In this document: in pieces, positions 26,597-36,126 of the stretch
Layout: each line of letters starts with the position of its first letter
Position numbering within the stretch: the first letter of the stretch is position 1
Virus record (IMG/VR): IMGVR_UViG_3300005261_000007
Span: 1 to 40,841 of that record
Strand: one strand, 5' to 3'
Length of the DNA stretch: 40,841 nt
DNA from: a virus
Lineage: Duplodnaviria > Caudoviricetes
The notes under the pieces: generated by a model
The model's database searches: none
What the model was told of the DNA's origin: nothing
Seen by the model: only the letters and a program-made list of their open reading frames with translations
Made by a program: the position numbers and the translations under genes

Positions 26597-29500
26597 TGGC
26601 CGATAGCTTCAACTCTGCCTACCTGGCCCTCCGTCAGGACCGTAATAAGGCAGACCGAGATAAGGCAATGGCTGAGTTGGATGCGGTCATGGCATCCCAG
26701 CAGGCGTCCCAACCAGCCCCCTCCGCTGCACCTACAGCAGCCCCTACAGAACCCAAGAAGAAGTCTCCGGGTGTCGTTAGTGAAACCCTGAAGGCTGTCG
26801 GCGGTGGCGTGATTGACGCGGGCCGGAACGCCATCAACGCGATTGACGACGCGGCAACCTGGCTGGATAACAACTTCCTAGACCTCCGCATGAACTCCTC
26901 CACCTTCGGGACGGTAGGCGGGCGCAGGGCTTCCGGCCAGGAGGCCCACAAGGAGGCCCTACAGGTTCCCGAGCTGCCTGAGTACATGCAGAACGACTCC
27001 ACGGTAGGGAAGATTGGCCGCGCTGCCGTCCAGTTCGTGGTCCCCTTCCTGGGTGCCACCAAGGCACTCAAAGGGGCGCAGCTCCTACAGGGTGCCAGCA
27101 AGACCGCTACGGCTGTCCGTGGGGCCACTGCTGGTGCTGCTGTGGATTTCGCCGCCTTCGATCCGCATGAGGCCCGCCTGTCGAACCTCCTGATGGATTA
27201 CACGGAAGGGAACCCGGTGGTAGGAAAGCCTATCCTGGACTACCTCGCCGCGCATCCGGGGGACACCAACGCAGAAGGTCGCCTGAAGAACACCCTGGAA
27301 GGTTTGGGTGTGGGGATGGCCGTGGAGGGTATCTTCCACGGGGTCAAGGCCGCCAAGGCCCACTTCCAGGCCAAGGGCAAGGACCCGATCCAGGCCATCC
27401 AGGAAGGGGCCGCTGCCGGTAAGTCTATGGATGAGCTGGCGAACGAGCCTACATTCATGCGGACGATGGATTCCTCCCCGGTCAATACGGCCAAGGAACC
27501 CAACCTGGACCTCGTTAAGCAGATTGAACTCCTGACGGGGGTACAGAAGAACGGCCCGAGCAAGTTCCAGAAGGCGCTCGACATGAAGGCAGCCCTGGCA
27601 GATTCCGACGCTAAGGCAGCTCCCAAGGGTCCTGGCCTGGCCGATGGGGCGCTGCCTACAAGTCGCACCGAAGGGAACCCTGACGCTTTCCTGAAAGGTG
27701 CATCTTCGGACTCCCGGCTGGCCCTGGAGGACCCGAACGCTATCCCGTTTGAGAAGGCAGCACAGGCCCCGGTGGAGCATTCCTTCCCGGACACCTGGAA
27801 GCTAGTCGAAGAGGACCCAGCCCCGCGTAAGCTGTTCCTGGACACCCAGGACGGCCACATGGTCATGGGCGCGGAGGCGGCTGGTCCGCATCAACTGGAC
27901 CTCGACCTGGCCCTCCCGGAAGTCCTGGCTAAGGCCGAGCATTCGGCGGACGAGAAGGCCATGCTGGAAGGCTACAAGGAACTCCAAGAGAAGGTCCTGG
28001 AGAAGGCCCCGCAAGATGCTGGCGTGGTGACTAAGGATGCCGACCTGGCAGCCCGTATTGAGAAGGCACAGGCCCGCGTAGATACTCTGCTGGAGGCCGG
28101 CAAGGACTCCGAAGCAGCTCAAAAGGTTCTGGACAACCTCCTCAAGAAGAAGGACGCAGGACTGTTTGACCACTCCACCCGCCTGGGCACCAAGGAAGCG
28201 GAGAAGTTGGCTTCTTCAGGTGACCCGCTGGTGGATACCATCCGGGAAAACAACGAAAGACTCCTGAAGGCAGCCGGAAAGCAGCAAGGCGGTTTCGTGT
28301 CTCCTACCCTTCTGGCGAATATGGCCTCCGCCCAGGTGGGTGCCGTCACTGGCTACCTCTCCGCCGAGGATGATGCAACGATGGCCGAGCGTATGAGCCT
28401 TGCAGGTATGGGCGCTCTGGCGGGTATGGGTGTCAAGGTGGGTGCTTCCCGCGTCCTGAAGGGCTCCGAGCGGGCTGTCATTGAAGGTGCAAGCCCTGAA
28501 GTCCGCGCTATGGCCCGTAAGGAAGTAGCTGGCATCGCCCCACAAGCGGCAGCCGTAGGTAAGAAGCCTCCGGTTATCTCCAAGGCCAAGGTAGAGGGCC
28601 TGGTGAAGGCAGCTCAAGAGGGCGGCATGGAGAACCTGGCGAAGACCGTCAAGGAGTCTGACTTCAATTTCTCCAACATTGACACGGCAGAAGACGTTAA
28701 GGAAACCATTGACGCCTTTTCCTCCGTGTTCGAGAAGGAGGCAGCCCTGGCGAAGCACGGCGAACAGTCCTTTGCGGATATGGCCGAGCTGGCTAACGAG
28801 CTGGGGGCCGGCGAGAAGTCCCTGCGGGAGCTGTACCAGGGAACCAACAACCTGGGAGCCCGCATCCTAGCCCACCGTGCCCTCCTGACGGCCTCTGCCG
28901 AGCAGGTAACCAAGCTGGCCCACCTGGCTGCTGAAGGGGACGCTGAAGGAATCCTGGCGCTCCGCAAGCAGGTTGCTCTCCACGCCTCAATCCAGGCGCA
29001 AATGAAGGGCATCCAGACTGAGGTAGGCCGCGCCTTGGGTCAGTTCCGCATTCAATCCAAGTCCATTGACCTGGCTATCAACGAGCGCAACCAGCTTATT
29101 GAGGCTATGGGAGGTCATGCGGCAAACATCGAGTTCGCCCGCAAGCTGGCAGACATTACGGACCCGGCAGCCCTCAATGCTGTCATCCGTAAGAGCGCCT
29201 TCGCCCGTGGTCGGGACGGCCTGTATGAGGCATGGGTTAATGGTCTGCTGTCTGGGCCAGTAACGCACACCGTTAATATGGTCAGTAACGGCCTGGTAGC
29301 CATCGCCTCCCCAGCGGAGCGCCTGGTGGCAAGCCTCTACGGGAAGGTCCTCCGGAACTCTGCCGATGCAATCAAGCTGGGTGAATCCAAGGCGCAGCTC
29401 TACGGCATGGTGGAGGGCCTGCTGGACGCCACGCGCATCACCAAGCAAGGGATGGACACCCTGAAGAAAGCTGGCGGGGAAGTCATGCAGGGCAACTTCA

Positions 29501-31089
29501 GTGGGGCGAAGAACCTCATTGAGGACTCTGCCGATGAATTCGGTGGTGCTTGGAAGGCTGCCGCTACGGATGCCCCGGTGCTGGACAATGCCGCCTTTGG
29601 AACCCGGCAGTACGACCTCCAGGACTCCGCTATCTCCGCGTCCAACCTGGGCTTTGACCAAGCGGGCTTCATCGGGAAGTTCGTGGATGGTATGGGAGCC
29701 CTGATCCGGACCCCTGGCCGCCTCCTGACGACCTCTGATGAAATCTTCAAGACCGTCCATTACCGGGGCGAACTGAAGGCCCAGGCATACCGTCAGGCTG
29801 CTGCCGAGGGGCTGCATGGAGATGCCTTGTTTGAGCGTATTGCGAAGCTGGTGGATGACCCCACCCCGGAGCTATCTTCGATGGCCCTGGATGCCGCCCG
29901 CAAGGGAACCTTCACAAACCCGCTAGGCAGCATGGGCGGGGCCGCGCAGAACCTCATCAACCAGACCCCTGGTGGGCGCTGGATTGTCCCATTCGTTCGG
30001 ACGCCCACCAACATTATGAAGTACGTCGGTGAGCGGACCCCGATCCTTAACCTACTGTCCGAGAATGTCCGTGCAGAGTTCGCAGCTGGTGGCGCACGGC
30101 GGGACATGATGCTGGCTAAGACGACCACGGGTGGGGCTCTCTACACGCTTGGCGGTTACCTAGCAGCTCAAGGCATGATTACTGGTGGCGGCGAGAAGAA
30201 CCTAACGGCTGAGAAGCTGGGTGGGTGGCAGCCGTACTCCCTGAAGGTCGGGGATAAGTACATCGCCTACAACCGGATGGACCCTGTAGGGATGTTCCTG
30301 GGGCTGGCTGCGGATGCTGTTGATCTATCCGGCCACCTGGACCCTTCCGACATGGACGAGTTCGCCTCTATGGCGACCCTAGCGGTGTCCAGGAACCTTG
30401 TATCGAAGTCCTACATGCAGGGCATCATCAATATCATCGACGCGTTCCAACATCCGGAAGCCAAGATGGAGCGCTACTTGCAGAATCTTGTAGGTACAGT
30501 CGTCCCGGCTGGCGTCAATGCAATCCGCAAGGAAGATGATGACCTGGCCCGCGAAGTGTGGTCCTACACGGATGCCGTGAAGAATCGCCTTCCGGGTTTC
30601 TCCAAGGACCTCATGCCCCTCCGCAACATCCTGGGCGAGGAGATGCACCTGACTGGTGGCCTTGGTCCGGACTTGGTTAGCCCCTTCCGTACCACTGTTG
30701 CCAGTTCGGAGCCTATCACCACCGAGTTGGCCCGCCTGAATATCGACCTTCAGAAGCCTCCTAAGACCCTTGCTACCTCCCCCGGTGCGCCTGGTATCGA
30801 CCTCTCCCCGGAGCAGTATGACCGGCTGGTTAAGGATGGAGGAGAGATGTTCAAGAAGCGCCTTGAGGAGACAATCCACACGGACGCCTACAAGAACCTC
30901 CCGGAGAGCCCTGACGGTAGCGACTACAGGGAGGCTAAGGAGGTGGTCATCCGGCGGCACTACCAGTCATCCATGATGAACGCCACCAAAAAGCTCTTGG
31001 CTGGTGACGAGGAGCTGCGTGGTAAGTGGCAGAACGAGAAGCGCAATGCTTCCAACGCCCTCCAGGGCAAGCCGATCCTTCCCTTTTGA
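26596..31089 (+). CDS. Internal virion protein D (gp16-like)
   Basis: 1497 aa; NGLLSGP.TH..N, PFVRTPTNI, GWQPYS, YNRMDP segments typical of large podovirus ejection proteins; syntenic. Confidence 0.82.
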   Translation: MADSFNSAYLALRQDRNKADRDKAMAELDAVMASQQASQPAPSAAPTAAPTEPKKKSPGVVSETLKAVGGGVIDAGRNAINAIDDAATWLDNNFLDLRMNSSTFGTVGGRRASGQEAHKEALQVPELPEYMQNDSTVGKIGRAAVQFVVPFLGATKALKGAQLLQGASKTATAVRGATAGAAVDFAAFDPHEARLSNLLMDYTEGNPVVGKPILDYLAAHPGDTNAEGRLKNTLEGLGVGMAVEGIFHGVKAAKAHFQAKGKDPIQAIQEGAAAGKSMDELANEPTFMRTMDSSPVNTAKEPNLDLVKQIELLTGVQKNGPSKFQKALDMKAALADSDAKAAPKGPGLADGALPTSRTEGNPDAFLKGASSDSRLALEDPNAIPFEKAAQAPVEHSFPDTWKLVEEDPAPRKLFLDTQDGHMVMGAEAAGPHQLDLDLALPEVLAKAEHSADEKAMLEGYKELQEKVLEKAPQDAGVVTKDADLAARIEKAQARVDTLLEAGKDSEAAQKVLDNLLKKKDAGLFDHSTRLGTKEAEKLASSGDPLVDTIRENNERLLKAAGKQQGGFVSPTLLANMASAQVGAVTGYLSAEDDATMAERMSLAGMGALAGMGVKVGASRVLKGSERAVIEGASPEVRAMARKEVAGIAPQAAAVGKKPPVISKAKVEGLVKAAQEGGMENLAKTVKESDFNFSNIDTAEDVKETIDAFSSVFEKEAALAKHGEQSFADMAELANELGAGEKSLRELYQGTNNLGARILAHRALLTASAEQVTKLAHLAAEGDAEGILALRKQVALHASIQAQMKGIQTEVGRALGQFRIQSKSIDLAINERNQLIEAMGGHAANIEFARKLADITDPAALNAVIRKSAFARGRDGLYEAWVNGLLSGPVTHTVNMVSNGLVAIASPAERLVASLYGKVLRNSADAIKLGESKAQLYGMVEGLLDATRITKQGMDTLKKAGGEVMQGNFSGAKNLIEDSADEFGGAWKAAATDAPVLDNAAFGTRQYDLQDSAISASNLGFDQAGFIGKFVDGMGALIRTPGRLLTTSDEIFKTVHYRGELKAQAYRQAAAEGLHGDALFERIAKLVDDPTPELSSMALDAARKGTFTNPLGSMGGAAQNLINQTPGGRWIVPFVRTPTNIMKYVGERTPILNLLSENVRAEFAAGGARRDMMLAKTTTGGALYTLGGYLAAQGMITGGGEKNLTAEKLGGWQPYSLKVGDKYIAYNRMDPVGMFLGLAADAVDLSGHLDPSDMDEFASMATLAVSRNLVSKSYMQGIINIIDAFQHPEAKMERYLQNLVGTVVPAGVNAIRKEDDDLAREVWSYTDAVKNRLPGFSKDLMPLRNILGEEMHLTGGLGPDLVSPFRTTVASSEPITTELARLNIDLQKPPKTLATSPGAPGIDLSPEQYDRLVKDGGEMFKKRLEETIHTDAYKNLPESPDGSDYREAKEVVIRRHYQSSMMNATKKLLAGDEELRGKWQNEKRNASNALQGKPILPF

Positions 31090-31098
31090 TTCACCCTT

Positions 31099-31133
31099 AG
31101 AGCCCACTAGGTAATCCTGGTGGGTTCTCTTTT
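31099..31133 (+). terminator. Terminator-like hairpin before the tail fibre gene
   Basis: AGAGCCCACTAGG / CCTGGTGGGTTCT followed by CTTTT. Confidence 0.65.
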
Positions 31134-31141
31134 AGAGGACT

Positions 31142-32332
31142 ATGGCACTCTCACGTGTTCAATACACGGGTACAGGCACCTCCGCCCTGTACTCGATCCC
31201 CTTTCCTTACATTAGTAAGGCATACATTGAGGTCCGCGTAGGCGGTACTCAACTCTTCGAAGGTGCAGGCTACACCTGGCAGTCCGCCACCTCGATCAAT
31301 CTGACCGCTGGCAACCTGGCTACAGGTGTCGTACTGGATATTCGGCGGGTGACCCCGAAGGCTTCCAAGCTGGTGGATTTCCAGGATGGCTCTGTCCTCA
31401 CGGAAGCAGCCCTCGACCTCTCCGCTGACCAAGTGTTCCAGCTTGTCCAGGAGACTGTGGATGACATGGCCGACCGCCTGGCTGTACAACCAGATGGGAC
31501 GGTGGATATGCAGAGCCGGCGACTGAAGAACGTGGCCGACCCGGTTGCTGCACAGGATGCTGTGACGCTAAACCACGCCAATTTGTACCTAGGCGGAATG
31601 GCTGCCACCTACGCAGAGCAGGCCCAGGCCTCTGCACTTGACGCTGCAAACTCGGCAGCCCTTATTAGTACGTCCGGATTACTTGTTAAGTCGCAGAACT
31701 TGGCAGACCTTCAGAGCGCAAGTATAGCGCGTGGAAACCTAGGGCTAGGGACGGGGTCTATCAATGGCCCATCGGGGGCTGTCGTCCTCGACGCTACGGG
31801 GAAACTACCGGCTGTAGGCGGAGATTCCTTGTCCGGTGTTGTGCACTTGTCTGGTGCGGAAACTATCAATGGACAGAAGACATTTTCGGCGATGCCTTCG
31901 ATTACAGGAGTGAGCTGCGTTCGCGTCCGAACGGCTAACGGGTACGGCAGTACCAATGTAGCAATCCGCCGGTTTTCAACTGTCGTGGATAACATTGGGG
32001 CCGACATCTCCTATGCGGACTCCGCTTCTCTCGGAGCATCCTTCACTGTCAATACGGCAGGAATCTACACGGTATCCTTTTGCGATCAGTTCAACACCTC
32101 CGGATGGCTTGGTGTGACGCTCAACACCACCGCACCAGCAGCGGGGCTCCCCTCTGGTCCTCCTGCCTCAGAGGTGCTTGCTCAGGCGTACACATCAACG
32201 AATACAGCTAATGGGTGTGTGTCCTGGACTGGGTATCTCCCTGCGGGGGCTGTTCTTCGTCCTCACTGTGGAGGCTCCCCTAGCGGTACATCTCCAACCA
32301 CATCCACGATGACAGTGGCGAGGGTGGCGTAA
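31142..32332 (+). CDS. gp17: Tail fibre with T7 gp17-type N-terminal anchor
   Basis: YSIPFPYISK, IRRVT, LVDFQDGSVLTEAALD, RRLKNVADPV...QDAVT. Confidence 0.9.
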   Translation: MALSRVQYTGTGTSALYSIPFPYISKAYIEVRVGGTQLFEGAGYTWQSATSINLTAGNLATGVVLDIRRVTPKASKLVDFQDGSVLTEAALDLSADQVFQLVQETVDDMADRLAVQPDGTVDMQSRRLKNVADPVAAQDAVTLNHANLYLGGMAATYAEQAQASALDAANSAALISTSGLLVKSQNLADLQSASIARGNLGLGTGSINGPSGAVVLDATGKLPAVGGDSLSGVVHLSGAETINGQKTFSAMPSITGVSCVRVRTANGYGSTNVAIRRFSTVVDNIGADISYADSASLGASFTVNTAGIYTVSFCDQFNTSGWLGVTLNTTAPAAGLPSGPPASEVLAQAYTSTNTANGCVSWTGYLPAGAVLRPHCGGSPSGTSPTTSTMTVARVA

Positions 32333-32706
32333 TGATGCTCCGTTTCGCAGATCAACATGACGGGCTATACGATGTTGAGGTAGAAGGCGGCACCGCACTC
32401 CCCGTGTGGTTGGAAGGTATGAGTTTGCTAGGGGCGGCGCCAGTCGAAGATTGGAATGCACGCGCAGTCCCCCAGCAGGTATCCCGATTCCAGGCCCGTG
32501 CCGCGCTCCTACAGGCTGACCTCCTGGATGACATCGAAGCCTACATGGCGCTCGACACCACGGACGCCTTCACGAAGCTGGCCTGGAAGGACGCACAGGA
32601 CTTCAACCGCTCCAGCCCTTTGGTTGAAGCCATCGGCCAGCTCATTGGCCTAACCCCCGCACAACTGGATGACCTATTCGTGTTTGCAAGTACCATCACC
32701 GCGTAA
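32332..32706 (+). CDS. Tail-fibre-associated protein (possible chaperone)
   Basis: VPQQVSRFQARAAL...W..AQDFNRSSPLV...LGLT-like..QLDDLF motif, often seen after fibre genes. Confidence 0.65.
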   Translation: MMLRFADQHDGLYDVEVEGGTALPVWLEGMSLLGAAPVEDWNARAVPQQVSRFQARAALLQADLLDDIEAYMALDTTDAFTKLAWKDAQDFNRSSPLVEAIGQLIGLTPAQLDDLFVFASTITA

Positions 32707-33065
32707 TGGGTCGAAAGACCCTTCCGCTCATCTGTCCGGACACCATCCGCGTGTTCGGCAGAACCTACACCTTCAACTACGAGCAAGCCGGTGGGCTGGG
32801 CCAGGACCGCGTAGGTTCCTGTGACAACATCCACCAGATCATCACCATTGACGCCCAGCAGAGCCTAGTAGAGGAAGCCGATACGGTCCTCCACGAAGTC
32901 ATGCACGCCATCTTCTACACCATGAAGATTGGTCTGGATAGCGACACCGAAGAGAAGGTGGTATCCGCGCTGGCAACTGGCCTGATTGGCGTCCTTCAGG
33001 ATAACCCTGAGTTTGCCCGGTGGATCATCGAAAACAAGTCCGCCCACCTCCAGGAGGCATCCTAA
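32706..33065 (+). CDS. HExxH zinc-metallopeptidase-like protein
   Basis: DTVLHEVMHAI followed by EE. Confidence 0.7.
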   Translation: MGRKTLPLICPDTIRVFGRTYTFNYEQAGGLGQDRVGSCDNIHQIITIDAQQSLVEEADTVLHEVMHAIFYTMKIGLDSDTEEKVVSALATGLIGVLQDNPEFARWIIENKSAHLQEAS

Positions 33066-33349
33066 TGGCTGCCCCTTCGTCCCGTGAAGAGGGGATGCTG
33101 TGGTGGCTTGCAGCAGTCGGGGCCGTCATCGGTCTTGGCCGCCTGCTTGTCTCCAACGAGCCTATGACCACCCGTAAGGCTATCGGCCATTGCATCGTAT
33201 CGGGCGGTCTGGGAGGGTGCGCTGCACTCATCCAGATTCCCCTACCGGAGGCTCCCTTCCCGGTCATCGTCGGTGCAGCTTGCGCCCTGGCATCCCTTGG
33301 TGCCTCCACGGTGACCCTTATCGTTCAAAAATACGTGGAAAAGAAATGA
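33065..33349 (+). CDS. Holin (P2 gpY-like family)
   Basis: Three hydrophobic segments, GAVIGLGRLLVSNEPMT, basic C-terminus; T7 gp17.5 position. Confidence 0.78.
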   Translation: MAAPSSREEGMLWWLAAVGAVIGLGRLLVSNEPMTTRKAIGHCIVSGGLGGCAALIQIPLPEAPFPVIVGAACALASLGASTVTLIVQKYVEKK

Positions 33350-33621
33350 GCAAGAAAGCATCTGAAGCTGCCCTGGCGCGGCTCCATGAACTCCTGGCAG
33401 AAGCCTTTACGGGCATCATCAAGGACGGTGTAACGGTTATGAACCGGGAAGGCCAGGAGGTCAAGCTGACCGCCCCCGCCGCATACCTGAAGGAGGCCCG
33501 CGAGTTCCTAAAGGACAACAATGTGGATGCTATCCCGAGCGCCAACCCGGCCATCCAAAACCTCGCCGCCGTGCTGCCTTTCCCGGCCCCTGGCGATGAT
33601 CCGGAGATGGCCGTAGGGTGA
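33346..33621 (+). CDS. gp18: Terminase small subunit (gp18-like)
   Basis: KASEAALARLH...AAYLKEAREFLKDNNV; upstream of the large subunit. Confidence 0.82.
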   Translation: MSKKASEAALARLHELLAEAFTGIIKDGVTVMNREGQEVKLTAPAAYLKEAREFLKDNNVDAIPSANPAIQNLAAVLPFPAPGDDPEMAVG

Positions 33622-33722
33622 CCTTCCAGAACCTCCTAATCTGCATCCTGGGGACCACTGCGGCAGTCCTGACAGTGGTTCTTACGGTACGGGTAAGTCT
33701 GCCCGATGGGCCAGATTACTGA
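33618..33722 (+). CDS. Putative 34-aa single-TM peptide
   Basis: MTFQNLLICILGTTAAVLTVVLTVRVSLPDGPDY exactly fills the gap between the terminase subunits. Confidence 0.5.
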   Translation: MTFQNLLICILGTTAAVLTVVLTVRVSLPDGPDY

Positions 33723-35435
33723 TTGCCTCCGCATGACCTGTCTCCGGGTGCATCGGCAGTAGCTCAAGCCTATGACCCGGTACGGGGGGACTTCCGGAAC
33801 TTCGTGTTCCTGGTGTGGCAACACCTCAACCTCCCGACCCCCACCCCGATCCAGTTTGACATCTCGCAGTACCTCCAGCACGGTCCCCGCCGTCGCGTTA
33901 TCGAAGCCTTCCGGGGCATCGGTAAATCCTGGCTTACTGCTGCCTATGTCCTCTGGCGACTCTACATAAACCCCGAAGAACGCATCCTGGTAGTGTCCGC
34001 ATCGAAGGACCGGGCGGATGCCTTCTCCGTGTTCCTGAAGCGGCTCATTGATGAGATGCCGCTACTCAACCACCTCCGCCCCCGGCCTGGTCAGCGTGAT
34101 TCCAACATCGCCTTTGACGTAGGCCCAAGCTCCGCCCACCAGGCACCTTCAGTTCGCTCTGTAGGTATCACCGGGCAGCTTACCGGGGGCCGCGCTACGA
34201 TCATCATTGCGGATGACGTTGAGGTTCCCAAGAACTCCCTGACCCAAGCCATGCGTGACAAGCTGGCCGAGCTGGTGAAGGAGTTTGACGCCGTGTTGGT
34301 TCCTGGCGGGGAAATCATCTACCTGGGCACTCCCCAGACTGAGATGAGCCTTTACAACGCCCTTCCGAATCGTGGCTACGAAATCCGGGTGTGGCCTGCA
34401 AGGTATCCAACACCCGAGCAGAGGACCCGCTATGGCTCCAGGCTGGCCCCGATCATTGGGCGGCTACTGGACCAGGACCCGACCCTTGTAGGGCGCTCCA
34501 CGGACCAAGGACGGTTCTCTGACAGGGACCTCATGGAGCGGGAGTTCTCTTACGGGCGCTCTGGCTTTGCCATGCAATTCATGTTGGACACGGCAGCCTC
34601 AGACACTGACCGCTACCCGCTGAAGTTGTCTGACCTCGTTATCATGTCCCTCAATGCTGAACTCGCCCCCGTGCGGGTGGCCTGGGGCTCTGGTCCCGAG
34701 CAGGTTGTCTCTGACCTCCCCAACGTGGGCCTCCAGGGGGACCGCCTCCACCGGCCTATGTTCCTCGCTAAGGAGTTCGCAGACTTCCAAGGGTGCGTCA
34801 TGGCGATTGACCCTGCTGGCCGGGGTGGTGACGAGCTGGCCTATGCCATCGTAGCCATGCTCAATGGTGTCCTGTACGTCCTCGACGTAGGGGGCATGAA
34901 GGGCGGCTACGCGGATGACAACCTGGCGGAGCTGGCACGACTGGCGAAGCGTTACAAGGCCAAGGAGATCATCGTAGAGTCCAACTTCGGGGACGGTATG
35001 TTCCTCAAGCTGCTGACTCCCTTCCTGGTCCGTACCTACCCGGTGACCACTTCAGAGGTCCGCCACAACACCCAGAAGGAAGCCCGTATCATTGACACGC
35101 TGGAGCCCGTGATGAACCAACACCGTTTGGTCATTGATGAGGCCCTGGTGCGGAAGGACTACGAGAACTACAATGACCACCCGGCAGACCACGCCCACAA
35201 GTACCAGCTCTTGTTCCAGCTCACTCGCATCACCCGTGAGAGACAAGCCCTGGCGCATGATGACCGCCTGGATGCCCTGGCTATCGCTGTAGCCTATTGG
35301 GTGGAGCAGATGGACAAGGATGTGCAGCAGTCAATCGCTGAACACAAGTCCAACCTCCTGGACATGGAGCTGGCTAAGTTCGCCTCCCAGGTCCTTGGAG
35401 AGGCCCCTGCGGGCACCAACTGGATGGGCATGTAG
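33723..35435 (+). CDS. gp19: Terminase large subunit (gp19 homolog)
   Basis: EAFRGIGKSW, IIIADDVE, YLGTPQ, AIDPAGRGGDE, ESNFGDG, HDDRLDALA. Confidence 0.97.
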   Translation: MPPHDLSPGASAVAQAYDPVRGDFRNFVFLVWQHLNLPTPTPIQFDISQYLQHGPRRRVIEAFRGIGKSWLTAAYVLWRLYINPEERILVVSASKDRADAFSVFLKRLIDEMPLLNHLRPRPGQRDSNIAFDVGPSSAHQAPSVRSVGITGQLTGGRATIIIADDVEVPKNSLTQAMRDKLAELVKEFDAVLVPGGEIIYLGTPQTEMSLYNALPNRGYEIRVWPARYPTPEQRTRYGSRLAPIIGRLLDQDPTLVGRSTDQGRFSDRDLMEREFSYGRSGFAMQFMLDTAASDTDRYPLKLSDLVIMSLNAELAPVRVAWGSGPEQVVSDLPNVGLQGDRLHRPMFLAKEFADFQGCVMAIDPAGRGGDELAYAIVAMLNGVLYVLDVGGMKGGYADDNLAELARLAKRYKAKEIIVESNFGDGMFLKLLTPFLVRTYPVTTSEVRHNTQKEARIIDTLEPVMNQHRLVIDEALVRKDYENYNDHPADHAHKYQLLFQLTRITRERQALAHDDRLDALAIAVAYWVEQMDKDVQQSIAEHKSNLLDMELAKFASQVLGEAPAGTNWMGM

Positions 35436-35495
35436 ATAGTGTTGCAGATTCAAGGTAAGTTCTTCTAATACAAGGACTTACCTATTTTTTGCTAG

Positions 35496-35512
35496 GTAAA
35501 ACCTACCTATAG
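35496..35512 (+). promoter_or_regulatory. Phage RNAP promoter (phiOR-like)
   Basis: GTAAAACCTACCTATAG followed by AGGGGA, after the terminase gene. Confidence 0.88.
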
Positions 35513-35784
35513 AGGGGACCCCTTCCTGATTCCCTTCCAGATACTCTATAGATGCACCTTTAGATACATCTATAGAGTCCCCTTTAGGTAACCTTTAGAT
35601 GGACTGTAGAGGTCCTGGCAGGGGCTAGGTGGCTTACTGCGTACTCAGACCTCCCTACCCAGACATAAATGGTACAAAAATCTGAAGGGTCTATCGTTAC
35701 CCTGGCCTCCCGAGTTTCCCCCCGGTGGGTGGCTGGCGCTGGGCCGCCTGGGATGGCCTCTTTAGGGCCTCGTTCGGGTGTCTA

Positions 35785-35857
35785 TTAGGCACAGTCATGG
35801 GCACATACCCTGCTAAGTCATTGATTCATAAGGCAACCCGACGGATACCCTATCCCT
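35785..35857 (-). other. Second att-like recombination site (core, IHF box, arm pair)
   Basis: Minus strand: AGGGA-TAGGGTA-TCCGTCGG (35857-35838), AATCAATGACTTA (35826-35814), TGTGCCCATGACTGTGCCTAA (35805-35785). Confidence 0.68.
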
Positions 35858-36126
35858 AGGCTGTGCCTTCTGGCCTCTTTCGGCCCTCTTCTAGCCTCTA
35901 TTGGTGCATCTTCGGGTGTCCTGGTAGGGGCTTTTTGCTTCTCATGTCGATAACTTTCGATATGTCTGTCTCCTCTCCCCTGTTTTTTCATAGTCATTGC
36001 CTATCGCCTTCAGTTGCCTCCATAGTTTCCACCTAACGACACACCCTCTTGACTGATCCTTTAGATTCCTCTATCACGCGCCCATCACTAAGAAGCCTCT
36101 CTAGATGCCCTAATGGCATGTTTAGC

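Larger units (their letters stand above)
35436..36126. other. Non-coding packaging / terminal-repeat region (inferred virion genome ends)
   Basis: No ORFs; lies between the terminase plus a phiOR-like promoter and the first sigma70 early promoter, which is where T7-like genomes have their termini. Confidence 0.7.
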
